Of a DNA stretch of 64,000 bases, positions 50,177-61,989 are shown piece after piece. Below the pieces are notes generated by a model. It had not been told where the DNA came from. It made no database searches and saw only the letters and a program-made list of their open reading frames with translations. A program made the translations under genes and the position numbers. This DNA comes from Ginglymostoma cirratum (taxonomy: Eukaryota). The stretch is taken from NCBI GenBank assembly GCA_024137785.1, contig JAHRHZ010000013.1, forward strand, positions 12,790,707 to 12,854,706, read 5' to 3'. Position 1 is the first letter of the stretch; each line of letters begins with the position of its first letter.

Positions 50177-51456
50177 TATCAAGCAGCACCTGCTGAGCAA
50201 CGACCTGCTCAGTGATGCCCAGTTTGGGTTCCGCCAGGGCTACTCAGCTCCTGACCTCATTACAGCCTTGGTACGAACATGGACAAAAGGGCTGAATTCA
50301 AGAGGTGAGGTGAGAGTGACAATCCTTGACATCAAGGCTGCATTCGACCGAATGTGCCATCAAGGAGCCCGATAGGTATCTGGGGGCAAACTCGCCGGTG
50401 GTTGTATTCATACCTGACACATAGGAAGATGGTTGTTGTTGTTGGAGGTCAATCATCTCAGCTCCAGGACATCTCTGCAAGAGTTCCTCAGGGTAGTGCC
50501 CTCTGCCCAACCATCTTCAGCTGCTTTATGACCTTCCTTCCATCATAAGGTTAGAAGTGGCGATGTTCGCCAATGATTGCATAATGTTCAGCACCATTTA
50601 TGTCTCCTCAAATACTGAAGCAGTCCATGTTCAAATGCAACAAGATCTGGACAATATCCAGACTTGAGCTGACAAGTGGCAAATAACATTTGTGCCACAC
50701 AAATGCCAGGCTATGACCATCATCAATGAGAGACAATCTAACCACCACCCCTTGACTTTCAATGGTGCTACCTTCACTGAATCATGCACTATCAACATCG
50801 TGGGTGTCATCATTGACCAGAAACGCAACTGGACTCATCACATAAACACAGTGGCTACAAGAGCAGGTCGGAAGCTAGGAATACTGTGGCAAGTAACTCA
50901 ACTCTGGGCTCCTCAAAGCCTGCCCACCATCTACAAGACACAAGTCAGGAGTGTGGCGGAATACTTCCCACTTGCCTGCATTAGTGCAGCCCCAACAACA
51001 CTCAAGAAGCTTGACACCATCGAGGACAAATCAGCCTGCTTGATTGGCACAACATCTACAAGCTTCAATCCTTTCCACTATCAATGCTCAGTAGCAGCAG
51101 AGTGTACTATCTACAAGATGCACTGCAGAAATTCACCAACAATCTCAGATAGCACCTTCCAAACCCACAACCACTTTCATTCAGAAGGACAAGGGCATCA
51201 GACATATGGGAACAGCACCACCTCCACGTTCCCCTCCAAGCCACTCACCATTCTGTCTTGGGAATATATCACCGTTCCTTCACTGTCGCTGGGTTAAAAT
51301 CCTGGAATTCCCTCCCTAATGGCATTGTGGGTCCACCTACAGCAGATGGACTGCGGCAGTTCAAGAAGGCAGCTCACCACCACCTTCTCAAGGGCAACTG
51401 GGGATGGGCAAGAATGCTGGCCAGCCAGCGATGCCCACATCCCACAAATGAATAGA
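50177..51456 (+). mobile_element. 5'-truncated CR1/L2-group non-LTR retrotransposon, disrupted RT ORF2
   Basis: IKQHLLSNDLLSDAQFGFRQGYSAPDL...LDIKAAFDR...VPQGSALCP..FS...MFANDC (FADD motif decayed)...IYKTQVRSVAEY...SWNSLP, with stops and frameshifts. The 3' tail ends ATCCCACAAATGAAT. Confidence 0.9.
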
Positions 51457-52699
51457 AAAAAAGGGAGAAAATGCTAAAGAAAATGACTAATTCAACACTT
51501 GGCAGGTGAACAAAGGGACTTAAGAGTTGGTTCCATGCTTGTGCACAATAACATCCACAGGGGTGTAATGCGGGAAATTTTGTGCACTGAACCTGTGGTT
51601 TTTCATTCATTCAATTTAATAGATGGAAAATCACAGTCTGCGCACCTACAATTTCCTGCACTATGCTTTTTGTGACTGTTGTTTCCTACTGGGACTGCAA
51701 AGTCGGCCCTTTAGGGTCCAGAAGTCATTAAATATTAACTCTCAGATGCAAAGAGAGCCATTTACATGTTCAAAGAATTTTGGACCTCACAGGAAAAGGT
51801 ATGATACTTAAATGTAAGAGATTAGGAAAGTGCTACAGGGATCTGATTTGAAATATTGTGCTCAGTTTTGTGTGCTTTTGACAAATTTGGAACACTTTAT
51901 ACACACATTGTTATTGCTATTGTTGTTCCTTTTGTGGTAACTGTTAACACTTCAACTGCTGCCGCTGTCATGTTCTGCTTTTTGAGGCAGAAATTTAATT
52001 GATTCTAATAAAGAAAAGGTTGGTCTATTCAGCTTCAGAACTTGAGACCTTGTCTGTTTGAGGTGAGGGAAACTCTGATTGTAAGTTCCCTTTCTGTTTC
52101 ATCATATCATTAATATTTTACACCTTCACTAATATGCAAATTATCAAGCTGGATTCACTCAAACTAAAACTGAGCAATGCTATCTTTTTTAGTTTTAAAA
52201 GATCTTTAGAGCTTTGCTTCCCAAGAATAGCTCATATGGTCAAGGAAGAGGATGAGATATTCCTGACCAAAATAATACATTTGAACAATAGGGAGATTAA
52301 TTCAATTTATGGCTCACACATGTTTTTGCTTATATTGCGGCACTTAGTAGCAGGTTGTGTCATACCAATCAGACCAGATTCATAAATTACATTTCTGAGG
52401 GGAAGAGGCTAATGCATAAAAATCTGTAGTCGATATAAGTGAAGACTAAGTGCACAATGTAATATTAATCGGACCAGCATATGAATGTGACTGATGTGCA
52501 CAATTATAATGGGGATCAGGTGTGAACGAAAATTAAACATTATAGTGCACCACACAGTCAGCTTGAGTTATTGTGCTTTTATTTGTGAGCCTAGTCATGG
52601 GCACTCTAAGGATAATTGTGGTCAGTAAGATATTTTAAATTTTGGAATGAGACAGGTGTACATTGTGGAACAGGTTGCTTGCAAATGCTTTGTGGTATT

Positions 52700-52950
52700 G
52701 ATTAGATTACACAGTGCACAAACAGGCCATTCTCCAATGGTCCAAGCTAGTGTTTGTACTCCATGTGAGTTTTCTCCCAACCCTCTTCATGTAACCCTAT
52801 TCATAAGCACTTTTATTCTTTACTCCTTCCTGTGTCTATTTAGACTTTCCTTTAACTGCATCTATGCTATTCACATGAGATGGTTCTTGTGGTAGTATGT
52901 TCTGCAATCTTTCTACTCTTTGGTAAAGAACTTCTCCTGAAATTCCACCT
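52700..52950 (-). mobile_element. Decayed CR1-like LINE 3' end
   Basis: Plus-strand ...ACAGGCCATTC...CTTTAACTGCATCTATGCTATTC...GGTAGTATGTTC...GGTAAAGAACTTCTCCTGAAATTCC is the reverse of a CR1 C-terminus/3' UTR; it resembles 58790-59000. Confidence 0.6.
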
Positions 52951-55021
52951 GGAAACACATGGGCCAACAAATTTGTGTTGGTGTAACTTGGTATTTTCCT
53001 TCATTGTGTAATTTCCTCCAACATCTGTTCCCACACGCTCTAGACTTTCAATGGAATAATTTGAACATGGTTACCACTGTCTGCCAGATGATGTTTCATT
53101 ATTCTCACTTTGAGAAATAATAATAAAATGGAAATGTTAGAAGCAATCCTCCTTGCGCCCTCCTAATTCAACCACAATTATTAAACAAAGTACTCAAGAA
53201 TCATGCTGCTCCATCACTAAGCCAAAGACTACCTTTCCTGCCATTACATGTACTGTTGATTTTTTGGGATATTGTCAGACCGGTTTATTCCTCATATAAT
53301 ACTTGGACATGTGCAAGTATGTATTGAGAATTCTTGTTGCTTTTTTATAAGTTTATACAAGTTTTGCTTCCATACTGGCCTCCTACCTTTATGTGGATTC
53401 ATTCCTTCATGTCCTTTGTTAGCAGCCCTCTATTGACAGCTGAGAGACATAACCATCCTTCCGTGAAAAAGGTCACCATTAGGTCCAATGTCTGTCAGGA
53501 GGCCCCTTAAACAGTGAACATTCAACTGGCCTCCAAGTTTTAGTGGGGTCTTGCCACAAGTTCAGGTAGTTGTGGAAATTATGACATATATTCCAGCTGG
53601 GTTCACACTCAGATCTGAAAATCTACATGAGTTCATATGTGGATGAGGAATGTATTTCAGTGCAAAATTAACATAATACATTGCACCCTACATTTTGCAA
53701 ATGTCAATGCCATGAGCAACAAGAATATCAAGAAAAAAATCAGGAAAATAATTTAGTGTGAGATTCTCAATGTGCCACTTTTCCAGAAGGTTAATTATAG
53801 GGAGCTGGGAGGTTTGACACCTTTGAAATGCATAGCTCCTGATTAAATGGCTAAAATATATAATTAGGATGTTATGTCAAGTTATAGGAGTTTAGGCCAG
53901 GCTTCACCCACAGACATGTCTCCTAAAGTGAATATTGTGAGTGTTAAACAGGCAAAGCATGTTTAGTACTTCAAAGTGCAAATTTTTTTTAACTGGAATG
54001 TTTTCCTTTTCTGTATTAACTATTTAGTAAAGTTATTTTGGTATCTTTGCTACCACTTTTTTGCAATCTTTCAATTTTCTGTAGTGTGCTTGTAGTTACT
54101 ATTCGAATTTCCTATAGTGATATATAACATTCAAATAGTAAGGGAAGATGGGAATTATTATATCAAGTTTTATATTTTTCATGATTGAAATAAGGAAAGA
54201 TAAGGGAGAACATTTGCATTTATATGCCTGCCATAAATTTGGAAACCATGATCATTGGTCATATTATTTATACTGGACACATTTTGAGAAGCCTCACTAA
54301 TTCTGTTTCATTTCAGACTCAGAATTTTGTTATGGTGTTGGAGGTCTTGCCTGTGCACTGCCTCTTCCAGAGAAGGCCCACACAGCAGTCAGGCAGTGGT
54401 ATGGCCATTGGCAACACGTTTCCTTGGAATCAAGGGCTTGCAGAAATGGTGTCCAATAAGAGTTCCCAGTCAATCACAGGTTATCCTTGCACTCACTATT
54501 ACCACAGAGGAAGCCATCACTGCTGGAGATAAACCCAACCTCCCACTCCACAAAGTTCCAGAACAAACATAAGTGATTCAGGGGGAAGGTGCAGGTCAAA
54601 GGTCATCACAGACCTGCCTGCAGCTGGGTTACTCCAAGTGGCAGGAAGGGCTGAAGGGGTAGGTGGGAGCTGAGGCCTTTGAGTGGCTTTTCATTGGTCA
54701 CCACAGGACCTCAATTGGAGGCAGGGCTGACATGTTAAATATGAACTTTCCCACCAGGATTTAATTCTTGGGGAAGCAGGAAAGCAGTGGGGTTCAGGTC
54801 CACCATCAACCTACTGGATTAAATGCTGTACCTACCTCCAAACTCACCGTCTCCAGGAACAAATGTTTCCAATATCTGCCTGAACAATTCTACCTTCTAC
54901 AGTTTGACTTATAAATGGCTCTATGTGTTAGGATTGCTCTTACAGTTGCTGTGAGGATCATCACAGAATTAGGTTCACAGGATCCAAAATGAGGCATCTT
55001 CCCTGTTAAATCACTCCCCAT

Positions 55022-55412
55022 AAGGGGATGCGGTAAATACTGGTTATGTTACTGAAGTAGCAACCCAGAGGCTTAGAAAATGATTCAGAGTTGAAATCCT
55101 TCAACAAATAGAGACTTTAAGTTCAGTTAACTAAATAAATCTGAGATAAAAAGCTGGTGTCAGTAATAGTGACTAATTCATTATTGGTTAATTGTAATTG
55201 TAAAATCTCACCTGGTTAACTAATATTCTTTGGGGAAGTAAATCTACTTTCCCAACCTGATCTGTCCTCTCAATGAGTCCAGATCTACAGAATCTGGATG
55301 ATTTTTTTTATCGCTCCCTTTAACAGATCAGTAAACCAATCAGTCGTCTGAATGACAAATGGGGATCAGCAATAATTAATGTCTGGCCAATGATGACTTC
55401 AACCTGTGAAAG
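55022..55412 (+). mobile_element. Old degenerate tRNA-derived SINE (same family as 57385-57715)
   Basis: Colinear similarity to 57385-57715 (CCAGAG..., AAATCTG, ACTAAT..CTTT.GGGAAG, TGA.TCCAGA.CTACAG, GCAATAA tail). Confidence 0.6.
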
Positions 55413-55489
55413 TTTTTTTTTAAAAGCTGCAAATGATCACTTTCACAATCTTAACATCAATAAGTCGAAAAGACAAAATGCTTTGAAAA

Positions 55490-55765
55490 GAAAATAACTT
55501 GATTTGCATGGTACCTCTCATGTAGGACGTGCCAAAGCACTTTCCAGCAAATTAAATGTTTCTGAGTGTAGTTATTACCATAATGTGGGAAACAATGTCA
55601 TTTAACTTGTATTCAGTATGGCCCACTAACAGCCATGAAATAATAACCAGGAAACCTGCTTCAGCAATAGCCAAGGAATAAATGTTGGCCACAATAAAGG
55701 AGAAAAGGCTCCCACTCTTCAAAGAAACAGGCCAAGGGACCATTATTACCCACCTGACAAGATCT
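55490..55765 (-). mobile_element. DeuSINE-like fragment (Deu core plus L2-like tail)
   Basis: Minus strand reads CAGGTGGGTAATAATGGTCCCTTGGCCTGTTTCTTTGAAGAGTGGGAG...GTGGCCAACATTTATTCC, resembling the Deu domain. It ends in an AAAGTGCTTTGG...GTACCATGCAAATCAAGTT L2-type tail. Confidence 0.5.
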
Positions 55766-57384
55766 AGGATTTCTCCTCCTCCTAACAAGCTTCAAAATGT
55801 CCAAGACGTTAAAATTAGCTATCACAACCCCTCATAATAACTCTATGTTCAACAGGAGCACATTGTATCATTTACTGTCATTTATATAGAAAGTACATTC
55901 TGCACATCAGAGACTATTGTCCAGGAAACAATATAACACTTTTAATATGTGACGGAGCATAGATCCAGTATTTTCGAAAGAAGGAGGTACACATGGTGGA
56001 TGACTGTGAGGAAATCAGGGCTGGCCTGAATATCGGTGGTACTGCTTCATTGACAAGCTGTCTAAGAGAACAGGAATGGAAGTCTAAACATTTATATCTC
56101 TCCCACAGCTGACAATTTTACCAACAAGATTAGTGTTTTGTCCTACATACAAAATGATTTGCACTCACAATGCAGGAAATGATGCCTTCATGAAAGTTTG
56201 GGTGTTCTTAACTATGGTTTATGTCACACTAGATGGATCAAATAAAAGAATGTGTCCTCCAACGAAGTGTATACTTATTCACTCTGATATCAACAGATCG
56301 ATGGTTAATTTTCAGCCAGGTAGGAAGGACTTGGATTGCTGCCTTCACTCAGTCTGTGATTTCTCACCATGTAGCTTTCACTTTTGCTTTTACTGGAGCA
56401 GGGCTTTAGTTCTAAGTCTGAAACCTTTGATGCATTTTCAGCCAAACAAGCTCCAACCCTGCCACATCAAAGGGAACAATTCTGTCCAGATGTCTCCACC
56501 GTGCCATTGTAAGCAATTAGCTCACTTTTCTGCCATTTCTACAAGCTAGCTTTTAATGGTAATTTGGAACCCTTTAAATGCTGTTACCTAGGTAGATTTT
56601 ACACTTTTGAGCCACATCTATCAGCAGACAGACTCTCTTTACGCGTGTCTTTGCCTATTCAAATTAGGAGAAGGGAATCCCAGTGTAAAATTCTGGCAAC
56701 CATGGGTCTGCACAACTCTTTTGCCTTAGAAAATCATCTTTTTTAAATTAAAAACTGTTATAAAGTTAATTTGTAACTTTTGACACCAAAAATTTAAAAT
56801 AGGCATTTGCAGGAACCTTAAGCATTTTCTAAACTACAAACAGTTAATTATTCTGAGCACATTCACCCCCACAAATATAATTTGTTCGGTTTTTCTCACT
56901 ACATGTATCATTACATCTCTGCAGTCAGTCACATAATGGATAATTTTAACATTTCATTATTAAAGTATGCCTTCAGTCACCTGCTACCTATTCTCTCAAT
57001 CAACAAAGTTAAAGAGCACATTGCCTTTTTGCTGCAAAGATTGAGACCATTTGTTCAAATGCCCTTGCTACTTTCTATATTTCTTCAGCTATCAAGCCAA
57101 ATTTCACCTAAATTCTCCCTTCACCAGCCGTGAACCCACAAATTCTCTAATTTGTCTCCTATCTTCCCTCTTGCCGTCCCTGAGCATTCACAAACTGTCT
57201 TCAGCCTTTAACTTGTTTGACAACCTTCAATATCTCTCTTCAAATCTCCTAATGGGACTGTCATTGTCTTGATTACCTTTCTATCTCTCAAGTTGATTCA
57301 AGAGAATTACCTACAATGGTTTTCCTTCCTATTCCTGCATTAGTACAAGAGTCCACATTTAACCGTTTTCTATTTCTGATAGTG

Positions 57385-57715
57385 GGAGGTGATGCTCTAG
57401 CGGTATTATTGCTACATTACTAATCCAGAGATCCAAGTAACGTTCTGGGGACCCAGGTTCAAATCCTGCCATGGCAGATAGTGAAATTTGAACTCAATAA
57501 AAATCTGGAATTAGAAGACTAATAATGACCATTGGTTGATTGTCAGGAACAATTCATGTGAGTCACTAATGCCCTTTAGGGAAGAAAACTGCTATCCTTA
57601 CCTAGCCTGTCTTACATATGACTCCAGACCTACAGCTATGTGGTTCACTCTGTCCTCCGGGCAATAAATGTCGATCTAACCAGTAATACCCATATTCTGT
57701 GAATGAATATAAAGA
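57385..57715 (+). mobile_element. tRNA-derived SINE with a LINE-related tail
   Basis: B box GGTTCAAATCC at ~57457. Tail GGGCAATAAATG...CCAGTAATACCCATATTCTGTGAATGAAT resembles the 3' end of the LINE at 51400-51456. Confidence 0.75.
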
Positions 57716-58204
57716 AAAGTCCACCCACTGCCCTTCAGTGATGTCACCTGAAAACACAGTGTTTTATGACACTCAACTGTACTTCTCCATCAGTTCTCTC
57801 AATTGCTCTACTGTCTGACTTTTCGCACTAGTTGATTGATATCCAGTATTGGGTGAGAAGAAATTCCCTCTAATTTAGTTTGTAGAAGATCAAAACTATT
57901 GACTTTGGTCCCTCTCACAAATTCTGTCGCATCATTAATGACTCCATCCATTGAACTAGAAAGTGGCTAATGCTGAACCAAACTCCTCATAATCATGGTG
58001 TCCTTTTTTACACCAAGTTGAGATTCTTATCTGATATCCTCTCCAGTACCATATGTAACCATGCCTGTTGCCAACATGATTCAGTTCATCCTCTCCATTC
58101 CTTTCTTATAACCTCCAGGTTAGACCATTAAAATGTTATCCTGTGTAACTCTTAACTTACACTTCCATTTAAATTGAGCCCATTCACAACTGCTGCCCAT
58201 ATCT

Positions 58205-58775
58205 TTGCATGCCCACAAACCAACAACCAACCTGTGACAGCTACTGATGATTGTAAAGGATCCCATACCCACAACCAATAAAACTAACGTAGTATACAAA
58301 ATACCATGCAAGGATTGTGAGAAACATTAAATAGGCCAAATGGAAGAAAACTGACAAGAAGGATACACGAACACCAACTAGCCACCAAGAGACACAACCA
58401 GCTCTCACTGGTCTCAGTACACATGGACAAAGAAGGACACAAATTCAACTGGGGCAACACATCCATAATAGCACAAAACAAACAGACAGGCCAGGGAATT
58501 CCTGGAGGCCTGGCATTCCAACTGGAACTCTATCAACGAGCACATTGAACTGGATCCGAAATACAAACCACTGAAAAACAGAGCTGGAAGTGATGCCAAC
58601 CACCCCAGCAAACCGAGGCAAACTAATAACAAATGGGACAGATCACTAATGCTTCACCGGAGGTGCACTGATGATGTTACTTAGCACGGTGATGAAACGT
58701 CTGCACCCAAACACACTGGCTCGGCGAGCAAGTCTACAACCTCATTCACAACCAGAGCTACAAATCTTCTCAAAA
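58205..58775 (+). mobile_element. Penelope-like element 3' end: disrupted GIY-YIG endonuclease plus terminal repeat
   Basis: KDPIPTTNKTNVVYKIPCKDCEKH*IGQ / GRKLTRRIHEHQLA...HMDKEGHKFNW / AREFLEAWHS is the typical PLE GIY-YIG with CxxC, carrying a stop and frameshifts. Confidence 0.9.
58662..58707 (+). ncRNA. Minimal type I hammerhead ribozyme in the Penelope terminal repeat
   Basis: GGTGCA-CTGATGA-T-GTTAC(ttagcacg)GTGAT-GAAAC-GTC-TGCACC: stem I GGTGCA/TGCACC, conserved core boxes, palindromic ACGT stem III, GUC cleavage site at 58699-58701. Confidence 0.75.
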
Positions 58776-58779
58776 TATT

Positions 58780-59000
58780 TAATTAAAAGTCTGTCTATCT
58801 CAGCCTTGAATATACTTAATGCCCCAACCTCGGCAGTCCTCTATGGTAAAGAAATCCATGGATTAACTACCCACTGAAAGAAGAAATTCCTCCTCATCTC
58901 TGTCTTAAATGTGGGACTCCTAATTCTGAAATTATGCCCTCTAGCCCTAGAACCTCCCAAGAGGGAAACAACCTTTCCACAGCTACCCTTTCATGTCTAC
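58780..59000 (-). mobile_element. CR1-like LINE C-terminal fragment
   Basis: Reverse complement encodes a decayed ...FP...SR.RGHNFRI....F.TEMRRNFF.Q-type CR1 C-terminus. Confidence 0.7.
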
Positions 59001-59167
59001 TAAGAATATTGCATGTTTCATGCCATTTTCCAGTCCCCCATTATTCTTTCTCCAGTCTAATTCTCAAAAGGACCATGTGCACTTAGCTATTGTCTTCCTT
59101 TTTATATCTATTGCTGGCCATCTTGATGTTACTTGCACGTTTGCCCGCAAAGTTTATTTTCTCTTCT

Positions 59168-59332
59168 GGAGGTTTATGAAATCACAAGGGACATGGATAG
59201 GGCGAATAGCCAAAATCTTTTTCCCAGGGTGGGGGAGTCCATAACTGGAAGGCACACATTTAAGGTGAGAGGGGACAGATTTAAAAGGGACCTGAAAGTC
59301 AACATTTCCACACAGAGAGTGTTGCGTATGAC
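59168..59332 (+). mobile_element. CR1 LINE ORF2 C-terminal fragment (opposite orientation, nested)
   Basis: EVYEITRDMDRANSQNLFPRVGESITGRHTFKVRGDRFKRDLKVNISTQRVLRM resembles CR1 EVYKIM.G.DR....LFP.....TRGH..K......F.......F.QRVV. Confidence 0.8.
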
Positions 59333-59404
59333 TTTGACTCTGTAAATAAGGTTGCCTCTTATTCTTCCATATTCCAATAAGTGCTGGCTTAATTAATGCT
59401 ACTT

Positions 59405-59950
59405 CTCCTTATAAGACAGTCCCTCTAATGCTGGTATCAGGCTAGTGATCCTCCTCTAGACTGCTTGCAATGCCAATATATTTTTACTTAAACAAGGGGC
59501 CCAAAACTGTTTACAGAAATCCAGCTGTAGTCTGACTATTGTCTTGCATAGATTTAGCAAAACCTCCTCACTTTCATACTCCATCACCTTTAAAAAATGG
59601 CCAAAATTCCATTTGTCTTCCCTATTATCTGCTGAATTTGGATGTTAACTTTTTATGGTTCTTGGCAAAGACTTCCAAAACCCTCTGTTCTGTAGCTTTC
59701 TGCAGTCGATCTCCATGTAAATAATACTCAGCTCCTCTATTTGTCCTACTAAAGTGCATAACCTCATATTTTCCCGCATTATATTCCCTCTGCTAAGTTC
59801 TTGCCCACTCACTTAACCTGTCTAGATCCATTTGCATACTCTTTGTGTCTTCCTTGTCATTTACCACTCTGCTTATTTTGAGTCACCTGCAGACTTGGCT
59901 ATAGTACATTCAGTTCCCTCATCCAAGACATTAATGTGCGAGGTAAATAG
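59405..59950 (-). mobile_element. CR1-like LINE RT fragment (continuation of 58780-59000)
   Basis: Minus strand gives INVLDEGTECTIAKSAGD (decayed KFADD)...RPQL.FC.QFWAP...LQAV.RRITSLIP-like CR1 RT motifs. Confidence 0.75.
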
Positions 59951-60799
59951 TTCTGTTGGTCAGCACATACCTGGATAATTTTCCACCTTATATGAAGGGC
60001 ATAATAGAACGCTAGGCTGGAGCTGAGAAGTATGGAAGGAATAAACTAAAGACTTATATTTATATATATATTAATATATTGCAGTCATATCAAGGCGCGG
60101 GTTATGGTCACAATTGAGGTTGCAGAAGCTGCAATTGAGATCATGAGAGTACCATCTTCTGAGACTGTGTCTCACACTGAGGCCCAGGCAGCATCTGGCC
60201 CTACTCTTGTTCTGCTTATCTCTTGATCTCAGGATTTTCTTCTTCTCAAGAACAGTTAAAAATGTTGCCAGCAGGGCTACAGAAACACACTGGCTCTGGT
60301 TTTCTGAACTCCTACATCTCATTACCAGCTGGCTGAATATTTTCAGTTGGCAGTGGAGGGTGCAGGAGGAGACATGGTCTGATTACAATGGGTCATGACC
60401 AAAGATCATTAACCCAAATCACATAAAGATATATCAAAGTTTTAATTACAACATGCGTTCTTTTCAAAAGATTGCTGCCATAATTATGATGATGGTAGAT
60501 AAAAATTTAGTAGCTGGAGAGGAATTCTGGAACTTCACACCTGTACAGAGTCAAGGAAACTTCAAACATAATAAAAAAGAAAATGAGAGGCTGACTATTC
60601 AATCCTGTCTCAGCAGAAGGCCATCTCTTGTGGATATATTTCTGTTTTACCTTTCAGTGACACACGCAAAATTGGGGGAAAGAAGTGGGCTTCATATCCG
60701 GTCTATGTGTGCTAGTAGCCTGACACCCTAGTGTGTGGACCAATGTGCTGTGAAAGTCACAGCTTTAACAGCAACCATTAAAGAACTCTGTACTGCAGG

Positions 60800-61365
60800 T
60801 AAAGAAAGGGCAAAGATTCTCTCTTATTTTGTATGCTCCCTTTCAGTTACTGTCAAAAGTAACCAGGTCAACCAGGAATTTCAATCAACTTGCAAAGTCA
60901 AGAATCTTGAAATTAAAAACTTAGCTACTAATGTCAAAATGACTGCTGCTATTCACTGCAACAGCTGCAATATTTGCACAGCTACTCTTTATGAACAACT
61001 TAGTGACCTTTCTGTATTTTATTTAACTTTGAGGTATCTTTGGGCTTACTTCTTATTTGCAATCTGTGTGAATGCATGTTGTGTTAGTATTTTGTCTCAT
61101 ATTTAGTAACCAATAAACTTACTCTTTTGTTAACTTAAAAAGACCTGATTAAATTAGCTTGTTTTAAACCGTAAATTGATTCGATCTTGAAAAAGATATC
61201 CACGTGCGAAAGGGACTCTTTTCAAATGTTGTGACCAACCGAGGGGACGGATGGATGCAGAAAGGGAGCCAATTCATCTCACCTCACCCAGGTACTTAAT
61301 GATTTAGGGTATCCTATCTGAAATCACAATAAATTGGGGTCGTCGTCCTAGGACAGGCTGTAACA
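60800..61365 (+). mobile_element. Probable 3' part of the 5' LTR of the Gypsy element
   Basis: AATAAA at ~61112, ends ...TGTAACA followed by a PBS-like AATTGAGGG. The LTR start could not be located. Confidence 0.4.
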
Positions 61366-61739
61366 AATTGAGGGTTAGTGTTCATGATTTGAACCCACAA
61401 AGTGAAGTGAATAAATTCTCACTTTGAATCCAATTTTGTTTTTAAAAAACCCACAAAAAGACTTTATTGATTTATTATGGGAGTGAGGTAAATGCTGGGA
61501 GGGTGGTGCCAAAATGAAACATTAGGCCAAGAAACTTCTGTGTTTTAACTGATGGAAGATAGGACATGTCCAGTTTAACTGCTGGAGGTACACCCAAAAA
61601 ACAATGGGATTTAATGAGACACATACACCCAACGAAGAGAATGGGAGCCATTCAAAAAGCATAGAAGACTAGAATATGAATCCCTGTAAAGGCACATGCA
61701 AGTTTGGGAATGACTTTAAACAAATTGTTGAGAATTAAA

Positions 61740-61966
61740 AACTGAAAGAAATGTGGATGCTGTGAATCAGGAACAAAAACAGAAGTTGCCGGAAAAGCTC
61801 AACAGGTCTGGCAGCATCTGTGAAGACAAAAATCAGAGTTAATGTTTCGGATCTGGTGACCCTTCCTCAGAACAATCACTGGACCCGAAATGTTAACTCT
61901 GACTTTTTCTTCACGGATGCTGCCAGACCTGCTGAGCTTTTTCAGCAACTTCTGTTTATTTGCTGA
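61740..61966. mobile_element. Palindromic non-autonomous element (inverted Penelope-type terminal repeats) inserted in the Gypsy element
   Basis: Arms of ~80 bp, AACAGAAGTTGCCGGAAAAGCTCAACAGGTCTGGCAGCATC...GGTGA and TCACTGGACCCGAAATGTTAACTCTG...CAGCAACTTCTGTT, separated by ~16 nt. Confidence 0.8.
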
Positions 61967-61989
61967 GAATTAACTCGGATTTTGTAGCC

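Noticed and set aside
57385-57475. tRNA-like sequences (also ~48820-48886 and 63338-63410)
   Set aside because: SINE heads with A/B boxes but no complete cloverleaf.
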